DNA of 32,000 bases. Source: Candidatus Karelsulcia muelleri. Its GTDB lineage: Bacteria > Bacteroidota > Bacteroidia > Flavobacteriales > Blattabacteriaceae. Of the stretch, positions 19,520 through 28,255 are shown piece by piece. Both the position numbers and the translations under genes were made by a program. Under the pieces are notes generated by a model. The model worked only from the letters and a program-made list of their open reading frames with translations, ran no database searches and was not told where the DNA came from. The DNA lies in assembly GCF_022985615.1 (NCBI RefSeq), contig NZ_CP094965.1, positions 120,001 through 152,000 of the forward strand, in the 5' to 3' direction. The first letter of the stretch is position 1. Every line of letters begins with the position of its first letter.

Positions 19520-20560
19520 ATGATTTCACCAGCCCAGATAAAAATCTTAACAAATTCTAAAAATAGAGGGAAATTTTTAATAAAACCTTTAAGTACTGGA
19601 TTTGGAATTACTCTAGGAAATTCATTAAGGAGAGTTTTAATATCATATTTAGAAGGATATGCCATATATTATATAATGATTAATGGTGTCAAACATGAAT
19701 TCTCTTATATAGATGGAGTAATAGAAAATCTAACTGAAATAATTTTAAATTTAAAACAAATACGTTTTAAATTAAAAAGTAAAATTTATAAAAAAATCCC
19801 AGAACAGTTTACAATATTTTTAACAAAAAAAAAGTCTAAAATTACTGCTGGAGATTTATGTGGATCTATTACTTGTTTTGAAGTATTGAATCCAAATTTA
19901 TTAATTTTGAATAAAGAGTTAGATACTAATTTAAAAATTACTCTCGGTATAAAAAAAGGAGTTGGATATATTCCAGTAGAAAAAAAAAAGAATAAAATAG
20001 GAAAAATACCAATTGATACTATTTTTAGTCCCATAATAAACGTAAGCTTAAAAGTAGAAACTTGTGAAGTGAATAATTGCTATGAATACGATAGTTTGAT
20101 TATAGATATTCGTACTGATGGTTCAATTACTCCAAAAAAGGCTTTAAAAAAAGCTTCTAGTATCCTAATACAACATTTTACTTTATTTTTTAATGGTAAA
20201 AAAACAGAATTAAAGCTCCCAATAAAATATACTGATTATAAAGAAAGAATAAAATATTTATATATGCAAAAACTTTTAAATTGTTTAAAATTTGCTAAAA
20301 TTAAAACTTGGGCTGACTTAGTAAAAGTTAAAAACTTAGGATTAGCTTATGATTCTGAGTCTGAGTATAATTTTGGAAATTTTGGAGGAGGAGATTATGG
20401 TCTTGATTTATCAAAATATCAAATATCAAAATATCAAATTAAAATTTCTAATAAAAAAAAAAGAATAAAAAATTTTCGTGAAAAAATGAGAAAAATAGTA
20501 AAGCTAAGAAATGTTATTAAAAGAAGAAAAATGACCAAAAAAAATGAGACACCAAAATAA
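19520..20560 (+). CDS. rpoA: DNA-directed RNA polymerase alpha subunit (divergent C-terminal domain)
   Basis: GFGITLGNSLRRVLISYLEGYAI...GVKHEFSYIDGVIENLTEIILNLKQIRFK; residual alpha-CTD LLNCLKFAKIKTWADLVKVKN. Confidence 0.94.
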   Translation: MISPAQIKILTNSKNRGKFLIKPLSTGFGITLGNSLRRVLISYLEGYAIYYIMINGVKHEFSYIDGVIENLTEIILNLKQIRFKLKSKIYKKIPEQFTIFLTKKKSKITAGDLCGSITCFEVLNPNLLILNKELDTNLKITLGIKKGVGYIPVEKKKNKIGKIPIDTIFSPIINVSLKVETCEVNNCYEYDSLIIDIRTDGSITPKKALKKASSILIQHFTLFFNGKKTELKLPIKYTDYKERIKYLYMQKLLNCLKFAKIKTWADLVKVKNLGLAYDSESEYNFGNFGGGDYGLDLSKYQISKYQIKISNKKKRIKNFREKMRKIVKLRNVIKRRKMTKKNETPK

Positions 20561-20894
20561 AAATAATAATTTAGGACGAAATAAGTCTCATAGAAAATCC
20601 CTATTAACTAATCTGGCTATTTCCCTAATAAAACATAAAAGAATTAAAACAACTTTAGCTAAAGCAAAATCTTTAAAAAAATTCATTGAACCAATAATAA
20701 CTAGAGGTAAAAAAAAAGATACTCATTCTATGCGAATAGTATTTAAAAAATTAAATGATAAAACTGCTGTTTTGGAACTTTTAAAAAATATATCAAAAAA
20801 TAATTTAAAACGTAATGGAGGATATACAAGAATTATTAAACTTGGCAAGAGGTTAGGAGATTTTTCAGAAATGGCAATAATGGAGCTAGTTTAA
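20544..20894 (+). CDS. rplQ: 50S ribosomal protein L17
   Basis: MRHQNKNNNLGRNKSHRKSLLTNLAISLIKHKRIKTTLAKAK...GGYTRIIKLGKRLGD. Confidence 0.95.
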   Translation: MRHQNKNNNLGRNKSHRKSLLTNLAISLIKHKRIKTTLAKAKSLKKFIEPIITRGKKKDTHSMRIVFKKLNDKTAVLELLKNISKNNLKRNGGYTRIIKLGKRLGDFSEMAIMELV

Positions 20895-21796
20895 TGAAAT
20901 ATTTTCATATACCAGTTTTATTATCGGAAGTTCTAGAAAACCTTATTAAGGATATTAATGGTATCTATATAGATACTACTTTTGGTAGTGGTGGACATTC
21001 TTTTGGGATATTAAAGAAAATAAGTAATCAAGGTAAATTATTTGCTTTTGATCAAGATCAATTTGCAATTATTAAAAATAAAATTTGTGATAAAAGAATA
21101 AGATTTTTTAACGAGAACTTTCGAAATATACAAAAAATATTAAAAGCTTATAAAAACAACATTCTAAAGAATGTATCAGGAATAATAGCCGATTTAGGAG
21201 TTTCCTCGTATCAAATAGATACACCACAACGAGGGTTTTCAATAAGATTTAATAAAATTTTGGATATGAGAATGGATTTATCAAAACAAAAGTCGGCTTT
21301 AAATATAATAAAAAATTATTCTTTTGAAAAATTAAATAAGATTTTTAATAAATATGGGGAGTTTAAAAATCCGCAAAGAATATCTAGAAAAATTGTTTTA
21401 AACAGTAAATTTATTAACACTACTTTGGATTTAGTAAATCTATTCAAAAGAAATAATAACAGGAAATTTTTATCTAGATTATTCCAAGCTTTAAGAATAG
21501 AGGTAAATGATGAAATAAATGCGTTAAAGAAATTACTTAAACAATCAATAAATATTTTAAAACCGGGAGGTAGATTAGCTATTATTTCCTATCATTCATT
21601 AGAAGATAGGTTAGTTAAAAACTTCTTTAAAAGTGGAAATATACAGGGGATTATTAAATATGATAAGAAAGGTAAGAATTTATCTCCATTTAATAAAAAA
21701 TATACTAAAAGAATTTTTCCAACAAAAGAAGAAATCACTAAAAATAATAGAGCTAGAAGTGCTATATTAAGAATTACACAAAAAAAAGTATGTTGA
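20894..21796 (+). CDS. rsmH: 16S rRNA (cytosine(1402)-N(4))-methyltransferase
   Basis: FHIPVLLSEVLENL...YIDTTFGSGGHSFGIL...GIIADLGVSSYQIDTPQRGFSIR...AIISYHSLEDRLVKNFF. Confidence 0.95.
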   Translation: MKYFHIPVLLSEVLENLIKDINGIYIDTTFGSGGHSFGILKKISNQGKLFAFDQDQFAIIKNKICDKRIRFFNENFRNIQKILKAYKNNILKNVSGIIADLGVSSYQIDTPQRGFSIRFNKILDMRMDLSKQKSALNIIKNYSFEKLNKIFNKYGEFKNPQRISRKIVLNSKFINTTLDLVNLFKRNNNRKFLSRLFQALRIEVNDEINALKKLLKQSINILKPGGRLAIISYHSLEDRLVKNFFKSGNIQGIIKYDKKGKNLSPFNKKYTKRIFPTKEEITKNNRARSAILRITQKKVC

Positions 21797-21955
21797 TTTA
21801 TCGCATTGTTTGTTTTTAAACAAACAATGAGGAAAGTAAAGTATGTTAAGTATAAGTATAAGTATAAGTATAAGTATAAGTATGTTGATTTATCGCATTG
21901 TTTAAGTATGTTGATTTATCGCATTGTTTGTTTTTAAACAAACAATGAGGAAAGT
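21786..21955 (+). repeat. Tandemly duplicated rnpB 5' segment: 52-bp copies at 21786-21837 and 21904-21955, a 26-bp partial copy at 21878-21903, and (AAGTAT)x6 at 21848-21883
   Basis: Direct reading; both 52-bp copies are identical: AAGTATGTTGATTTATCGCATTGTTTGTTTTTAAACAAACAATGAGGAAAGT. Confidence 0.97.
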
Positions 21956-22222
21956 CTGGAATCACTAGGGATAACGCAACGGGTAACTCCCGTACATCGT
22001 GAGATGAGGAATAGTGCAACAGAAAGTATGTACAGTTGAGCTGTAGTGAAATCATGTAAACTCTGTGTTGTGAAATGCCAAATATACCAGAAGTATAGTA
22101 GTATAGTTCATCCCTAACTAAATATCTGCTAACTAAATATCTGGGGGGTAGGCAGATCGAGATAAAGGGTAACTTTTATCCTAGATAAATGATAAATTAA
22201 ACTGAATCCGGCTTATAACATA
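21904..22222 (+). ncRNA. rnpB: RNase P RNA (bacterial class A)
   Basis: GAGGAAAGTCTGGA near 5' end, GTGCAACAGAAAG, GGCAGATCGAGA, GATAAATGATAAATTAAACTGAATCCGGCTTAT 3' core; P1 pairing GTATGTT/AACATAC followed by T8. Confidence 0.9.
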
Positions 22223-22229
22223 CTTTTTT

Positions 22230-23906
22230 TTAAAAATATTTCTCTATATTATTTATATCTAATAAGAATAAGATTTTTTGTTTGAATTTTAATAAATTAT
22301 CAATTTTTAATATTTGTTTTATTAGCTTCCTTATTGTTAAGGAAGCAATCTTTTGTTTTGTTTCTAATTTATAAAAATTATATATATTTTTATATATTAA
22401 TTTTTCAATGATTTTATCATCTTGGTAAATATAAAGATCATATAATAACCTATATACATATATTTTTTTTAAAAACTTAGGAGAATAAGTAATTGAAATA
22501 GAATTTTCAAAACATTTTATTTTAAAACCAAAATTAATTAAAATTTCTATAATTTTGGTTTTAGTTTTTTTAGTAAAAAATTTATTCAATTTAATATTTA
22601 TCGGTGGGTATAATTTATAGATTTTGTGTTTTTTTATTTCTTTTTTAAACTTATCCTCTAAAATTATTTTATAGACTCTATCTTTATGAATAATTAAAAC
22701 ACCAAAATCTAAAAGACATAATATATATTTTTTATAGATCTTAAATTGGGTAAAATCCAGATCTATTTTCTTAAGATCTATTTTCTTAAGAAATATTTTA
22801 TTAAGAAATATTTTCTTAAGAAATATTTTATTAAGAAATTCTTGACAATTATTATTTAGGTTGCGGTTTTTTTCTTCTTTATCTTTTTTTTTAGAGTAAA
22901 ACTTAAAAATATTCTGTAGGCCTAAATATTCTTTAATTATTATATTTATATTTTTACAAATTTCTGACTCTGATTTAATGAGTATTTTGTTTTTGGATTG
23001 ACAAATATTAATTTCAATTTGTTTGGTTGGAATAGTAAGAAATAAAAAATAATTTGGTTTATTAGTTTTGTTTATTAGACCGTTATAGGCTTTAATAATA
23101 GACTTGTGAATTCTTTTGTTTACTACGTATCTATTATTAACAAACAAATAATAATTCTTAAATTGAGTATTAAAAAAACTTGTAGAAGTGATATATCCTT
23201 TTATAAGAAATAATTTATCTTTTTTAAAAACTTTGATTAAGACATTTTTATAATATTCGCCAAAAATTTTAATTATTCTATATTTTAGATTTGATTTTTT
23301 TAAACTGGTAATTATCTTATTATTATGCATCATAACAAAATTAATATCAGGGTGTGAAAGAACTATCTTATTAAATTCTGATATGATATATCTTAATTCA
23401 ATATGGGCAGATTTTAAAAAGTTTTTTCTATTGGGGAAATTGTAAAATAAGTTTTTCACATATATACTAGTACCATTTAATAAATTATTTAATAATACAG
23501 GGGGATATTTAAGCTTTTGATTTTCTAATGTTAAGAAGACTCCAAATTCTGATTTGGTTTTTTTAGTGTATATTTCTACCTGGCTAACTAAAGAAATATA
23601 GTATAAAGCTTCACCTCGAAAGCCTTTAGTATTTAGTGATTTGATATCTTTAAGAGAATATAATTTGGAAGTATAAAATCTCCTAATACTATTTTTCGCT
23701 TCTAAATGATTCATTCCATCACCATCATCTATAACATTAATTAAATCTTTCCCACCATTCAATAATATCAATTTAATATTTTTTGAATGTGCATCAATTG
23801 AGTTTTCTAATAATTCTTTTACTACAGAAGCTGGTCTTTTAATTACATATCCTGCTGAAATTTTATTTGAATCTTGTGTGGGTAGAATTTTTATGGTATT
23901 TTTCAT
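22230..23906 (-). CDS. mutL: DNA mismatch repair protein MutL (divergent)
   Basis: N-terminal GHKL ATPase: RPASVVKELLENSIDAHSKNI, VIDDGDGMNHLEA, TSKL, TKGFRGEAL, GTSIYVKNLFYNFPNRKNFLKS; poorly conserved C-terminus. Confidence 0.9.
   Translation of the reverse strand: MKNTIKILPTQDSNKISAGYVIKRPASVVKELLENSIDAHSKNIKLILLNGGKDLINVIDDGDGMNHLEAKNSIRRFYTSKLYSLKDIKSLNTKGFRGEALYYISLVSQVEIYTKKTKSEFGVFLTLENQKLKYPPVLLNNLLNGTSIYVKNLFYNFPNRKNFLKSAHIELRYIISEFNKIVLSHPDINFVMMHNNKIITSLKKSNLKYRIIKIFGEYYKNVLIKVFKKDKLFLIKGYITSTSFFNTQFKNYYLFVNNRYVVNKRIHKSIIKAYNGLINKTNKPNYFLFLTIPTKQIEINICQSKNKILIKSESEICKNINIIIKEYLGLQNIFKFYSKKKDKEEKNRNLNNNCQEFLNKIFLKKIFLNKIFLKKIDLKKIDLDFTQFKIYKKYILCLLDFGVLIIHKDRVYKIILEDKFKKEIKKHKIYKLYPPINIKLNKFFTKKTKTKIIEILINFGFKIKCFENSISITYSPKFLKKIYVYRLLYDLYIYQDDKIIEKLIYKNIYNFYKLETKQKIASLTIRKLIKQILKIDNLLKFKQKILFLLDINNIEKYF
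22761..22835 (-). repeat. 15-bp x5 minisatellite inside mutL encoding (F/D)L(N/K)KI pentapeptides
   Basis: 22761-22775 and 22776-22790 ATCTATTTTCTTAAG; 22791-22805 AAATATTTTATTAAG; 22806-22820 AAATATTTTCTTAAG; 22821-22835 AAATATTTTATTAAG. Confidence 0.95.
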
Positions 23907-23932
23907 AAGAACTCTATAAAAACAAAACCAAA

Positions 23933-25414
23933 TTAAGATTTTAAACGCATTTGTGGAAAAAATAAGACCTCCTGAATATTTCTTTGATTAGTAAATAACA
24001 TGATTAAACGATCAATCCCAAAGCCTATACCACTACAAGGAGGCATACCATATTCTAATGAAAGAATAAAGTCTTTATCTATTAACATATTTTCAGATTC
24101 AACTTTATTATATAATTTAATTTGTCTTTTAAATCTCTTGAATTGATCAATTGGATCATTTAATTCTGAATAAGAATTCGCTATTTCAACACCATTAATT
24201 ATTAATTCATATCTTTCAGATAAACCATTTTTAAAGCGATGTTTTTTAGCTAATGGACTCATTTCAAGGGGAAAATCAATTATAAAAGTTGGTTGAATAA
24301 TTTTTTTTTCACATTTTTGACTGAATATTTGATCGAGAAGTTGTCCTTTTTTCATCTTATTATCAATCTTCACATTTATTTCCTTACATATTTTTCTAAT
24401 TTCAGTTTCAATAAGATTACTTAGGTCAAATCCAGTATAAATTTTAATAGCTTCAAAAAAAGTAATTTTTTTAAAGGGTGAAATCAAATGAAGAGATTGT
24501 TTGCCTACTTTGGCAAATTTTAAACAAATTTTTTGTAAAAACTTTTCAGTAAATTTCATCATCCAATAATAATCTTTATAGGCTACATATAATTCTAGAA
24601 TTGTAAATTCTGGATTATGATTTTTATCTATCCCCTCGTTTCTAAAATTTCTAGAAAATTCATAAACTTTTTCTAAACCTCCAACTAGTAATTTTTTTAA
24701 ATATAATTCATTGGAAATTCTTAAATAGAATGTACTTTTTAAGGTATTATGATATGTAATAAATGGTCTGGCAATAGCACCACCCGGAATGGCTTGTAAA
24801 ATAGGAGTTTCAACTTCTAAATAATTTCTTTTATTTAAATAATTTCTTATAAAACTTATAATTTTAATACGTGTAAAAAATACAGTTTTAATTTCGTCAT
24901 TAACGATCAAATCAACATATTTCATTCTATGTCGTTTTTCATTATTAGAAAAAGAATCAAAAGTATTTCCCGATTTATCTTTTTTTACGTTTGGTAAAGT
25001 ATGTAGACATTTAGATAATAAATTTATTTTTTTTGCATATACAGAAATTTGGTTATTTTTAGTTTTGAATAAATAACCTTTCAACCATATTATATCTCCG
25101 ATATCTAAAAGTTTTTTTAAAAACAAATTGTATATATTTTTGCCAGTATAAAAATTATTTATGGATATATAAATTTGTATCAAACCTTCTTTATCTTTTA
25201 TTTCAATAAAAGAAGCCTTTCCCATTATTCTAATTCTAATAATTCTACCAGCAACAATAACCTTTTTATTTTTTTTGTAATTATTAATTATTTTTTTTGA
25301 ATTAGAATTTATTGGATATTCTTCAGAAGGATAAGGATTAATATTTATTTTGTTTAATTTTTTAAGCTTTTTTATTCTAATCAAATTTTGGTCATAAATA
25401 CGCAAATTTCTCAT
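23933..25414 (-). CDS. lysS: Lysyl-tRNA synthetase (class II)
   Basis: GRIIRIRIMGKASFIEIKDKEG, GGAIARPFITYHNTL, YEFSRNFRNEGIDKNHNPEFTILE, GVEIANSYSELNDP, PPCSGIGFGIDRL. Confidence 0.95.
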   Translation of the reverse strand: MRNLRIYDQNLIRIKKLKKLNKININPYPSEEYPINSNSKKIINNYKKNKKVIVAGRIIRIRIMGKASFIEIKDKEGLIQIYISINNFYTGKNIYNLFLKKLLDIGDIIWLKGYLFKTKNNQISVYAKKINLLSKCLHTLPNVKKDKSGNTFDSFSNNEKRHRMKYVDLIVNDEIKTVFFTRIKIISFIRNYLNKRNYLEVETPILQAIPGGAIARPFITYHNTLKSTFYLRISNELYLKKLLVGGLEKVYEFSRNFRNEGIDKNHNPEFTILELYVAYKDYYWMMKFTEKFLQKICLKFAKVGKQSLHLISPFKKITFFEAIKIYTGFDLSNLIETEIRKICKEINVKIDNKMKKGQLLDQIFSQKCEKKIIQPTFIIDFPLEMSPLAKKHRFKNGLSERYELIINGVEIANSYSELNDPIDQFKRFKRQIKLYNKVESENMLIDKDFILSLEYGMPPCSGIGFGIDRLIMLFTNQRNIQEVLFFPQMRLKS

Positions 25415-25420
25415 TAAAAG

Positions 25421-25452
25421 AATATTAAGACCTTGAAATATTAAGACCTTGA
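25421..25452 (-). repeat. 16-bp tandem duplication covering the 3' end of tRNA-Arg
   Basis: AATATTAAGACCTTGA at 25421-25436 and 25437-25452. Confidence 0.95.
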
Positions 25453-25517
25453 AGGGAGTTGAACCCTTACTCTTCTGATCCGTAGTCAGATGCTTTATCC
25501 AATTAAGCTACAAGGCC
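25444..25517 (-). tRNA. tRNA-Arg (anticodon ACG)
   Basis: Minus strand GGCCTTG TA GCTT...AAGC, anticodon arm TCTGA-CTACGGA-TCAGA, T arm AAGGG-TTCAACT-CCCTT, acceptor CAAGGTC. Confidence 0.9.
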
Positions 25518-25640
25518 AAGGAGAGCTAGGGAAAAGGTTTCTAAATATAGACTTTCATAAAAAATAAAAAGTTAAAATACTACTTAGTAGTTAATTAGAA
25601 GTCTAGATTTAGATATTAAGAAAGAAAGAAAGAAAAAAAA

Positions 25641-26630
25641 ATGAAACCAATTACCAATGAAATATATTTGAAATGGTATAAAGATATGTCGTTTTGGAGA
25701 AAATTTGAAGAAAAATGCCGATCATTATATTTAAAACAAAAAATAAGTGGCTTTCTCCATTTATATAGTGGTCAAGAGGCTATACCTGCCGGTATTACTT
25801 ATGTGATGAATCTAAAAAAAGATAATATGATTACAGGGTATAGATGTCATATACTTGCTTTATCTATGGGAATAGACCCAAAAAAGGTTATGGCAGAATT
25901 ATTTGGAAAAAAAACTGGAACTTCTTGTGGTTTAGGTGGATCGATGCATATATTTAGTAAAAAATATCGATTTTATGGTGGATATGGAATTGTAGGGGGA
26001 CAAATACCATTAGGAGCAGGTATCGCCTTTGCTGATAAATACTTTAATAGAGAAGCAGTGACGGTGACGATTATGGGAGATGGTGCTATTTGGCAAGGGG
26101 CTTTACATGAAACCTTCAATATGTCCGTAATTTTAAAATTACCAGTAGTTTATATCTGCGAAAACAATAAATACGCAATGGGAACTTCAGTTAAAAAAAG
26201 TTCTTGTATTAAAAATATTTTCCAACTTGGATTATCATACAATATGCCCTCTAAATCAGTAGACGGCAGTAGCCCATTTAAAATTGCTAAAGCAGTTGAC
26301 AAAGCTATTCAAAGAGCTAAAACTGGAAAAGGACCTACTTTTTTAGAAATATTAACTTACAGATTCAGAGGCCATTCAATGTCTGATCCTGAAAGTTATA
26401 GAACAAGAGCTGAAGTAATAGAACAGAAAAAAAATGATCCAATTTTAAAAATTAAAAACAAAATATTAGAAAGAAAAATTATGACTAAAAAGTTATTAAA
26501 AGCCTTGGATTTAGAATTAATAAAAAAAATAGATGAATGTGTTGTATTTGCAGAAAATTCTGATTATCCACCCCAAAAAACTAGGTTTAATGTGGTTTAT
26601 TCTCAAAAAAAATATCCTTTTTTAAAATAA
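25641..26630 (+). CDS. pdhA: Pyruvate dehydrogenase E1 component subunit alpha
   Basis: [91 protein letters not shown]. Confidence 0.95.
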   Translation: [329 protein letters not shown]

Positions 26631-26647
26631 AAGTCCAAGTAACAAAA

Positions 26648-27742
26648 ATGGCAGAGATAATTTACATGCCACGTTTAAGTGATACTATGAAAGAAGGTAC
26701 AATAGTAAAATGGTATAAAAAAGTAGGAGAAAAAGTATTAAATGGAGAAATTTTAGCAGAAATAGAAACAGATAAAGCTATTCAAGAATTTGAATCCGAA
26801 TATAAGGCTACTCTTCTCTATATAGGAGTTAAAGAAGGAGAAAAAGCAAAAGTAAATGATATTTTGGCTATTATGGGTGAAAGAAATGAAAATATAGATT
26901 ATTTAATAAAGAAGAATAAGAATAAAAAAATTTTAGTATCCCCATTAGCAAAAAAAATAGCTTTAGAAAAAGGTATCAAATTAAAAACCTTAAAAGGAAG
27001 TGGACCAAAAAACAGAATTGTTAAAAAAGACATAATAAAAAGTATCAAAACAAAAAATAATAAAAAATATAAAATTAAAAATATTTCTAATATAAGGAAA
27101 ATCATTAGTGAACGCTTATTAAAATCAAAAAAGATTTCTCCACATTATTATTTATTTATCGAAATTCCTGCAGATAATTTAATAAGATTTAAAAAATATA
27201 TTAATAAAAAATATACTAGTAAAATTTCTTTTAATGATTTAATAGTGAAAGCTACTGCTTTATCACTTAAAAAAAATCAAAAAATAAATTCTTCATTGAA
27301 GAAAGAAAGGATTATATATCACAAAGATATTAATATAGGTATTGCTGTTTCCTTACCGGAAGGACTAATTGTACCGGTAATAAATACCGTGGAAAAAAAA
27401 TCTTTAATAAAAATTTCCAAAGAAATAAAAGAAAAAATAAAAAGATATAGAAATAAAAAAATTTCTAACAATGAATTAGAAGGAAGTACTTTTACAATTT
27501 CTAATTTAGGTATGTTTGGGATAGATTGTTTTACTTCTATAATAAATCAACCTAATTCGAGTATTTTATCAGTAGGAAGTATTCAAAGAAAACCTATAGT
27601 TGATAAAAACAAAATAAAAATAGGAAATACTATTAAATTTACTTTAGCTTGTGATCATAGAATTATAGATGGTGTAATAGGTAGTACCTTTTTACTTACT
27701 TTAAAAGAATACTTATTAGAACCAATTACTATGTTAATTTAA
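26648..27742 (+). CDS. aceF: Dihydrolipoamide acetyltransferase (PDH E2), single lipoyl domain
   Basis: Lipoyl domain with ETDKAIQEFES, peripheral-subunit-binding region VSPLAKKIALEKGI, catalytic CDHRIIDG. Confidence 0.93.
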   Translation: MAEIIYMPRLSDTMKEGTIVKWYKKVGEKVLNGEILAEIETDKAIQEFESEYKATLLYIGVKEGEKAKVNDILAIMGERNENIDYLIKKNKNKKILVSPLAKKIALEKGIKLKTLKGSGPKNRIVKKDIIKSIKTKNNKKYKIKNISNIRKIISERLLKSKKISPHYYLFIEIPADNLIRFKKYINKKYTSKISFNDLIVKATALSLKKNQKINSSLKKERIIYHKDINIGIAVSLPEGLIVPVINTVEKKSLIKISKEIKEKIKRYRNKKISNNELEGSTFTISNLGMFGIDCFTSIINQPNSSILSVGSIQRKPIVDKNKIKIGNTIKFTLACDHRIIDGVIGSTFLLTLKEYLLEPITMLI

Positions 27743-28255
27743 TTTAGTAAGTAATCTTTTTTTGTTTTTAGGAATCTTTTTTAAGAACTCTATTCCATTA
27801 TTTTTAAATTCGAAAATAATGTTTTTAATACCATTTGTAAGAACGAGATATTGGCTTTTGAATCTCAAATAATATTTCATTATTTGATCAAAAGATTTAG
27901 ATGAAATCTTTACTTCAGGAGATTTACATTCAACCATTATAAATGGTCTTTTTTTTTTAAGAACTAGAATATCTATCCGATTTTTAATATTATAAAAAGT
28001 TGAATGGAATTCGACATATATTTCATGAACATTATAGCCTCTATTTTTTATTAGATAATAAATTATCTTTTGTCTCACTAATTCTTCTTTAGTTAAAAGA
28101 TAATATTTTTTTCTAATTAAGCAAAAAACGTACATTTTACCGTTAAATGTTTTTATCTTATTTTTTATATTACATTTATTCAATAGCTTGTAATTTCTTT
28201 TTTTTATATGATTATGATTAATCTTACAAATATTAAAATTAAAGAAATTAAACAA
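27734..28255 (-). CDS. HsdR N-terminal-like domain protein (predicted PD-(D/E)XK fold) of the kind common in Bacteroidota; start uncertain
   Basis: LIRKKYYLLTKEELVRQKIIYYLI...VEFHSTFYNIKNRIDILVLKKKRPFIMVECKSPEVKISSKSFDQIMKY. Confidence 0.75.
   Translation of the reverse strand: MFNFFNFNICKINHNHIKKRNYKLLNKCNIKNKIKTFNGKMYVFCLIRKKYYLLTKEELVRQKIIYYLIKNRGYNVHEIYVEFHSTFYNIKNRIDILVLKKKRPFIMVECKSPEVKISSKSFDQIMKYYLRFKSQYLVLTNGIKNIIFEFKNNGIEFLKKIPKNKKRLLTKLN

Noticed and set aside
19786-20034. 82-aa minus-strand ORF inside rpoA
   Set aside because: Antisense shadow ORF.
21846-22055. 69-aa minus-strand ORF ending in HTYTYTYTYTYT
   Set aside because: Lies over rnpB and the AAGTAT microsatellite; repeat-derived translation.
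26899-27105. 68-aa minus-strand ORF inside E2
   Set aside because: Antisense to the Lys/Ile-rich linker of the E2 gene.
27734-28255. Restriction-modification or new defence system around the HsdR-N-like gene
   Set aside because: No methyltransferase, specificity or helicase subunits nearby; this single-domain protein family is known as a stand-alone gene in Bacteroidota.
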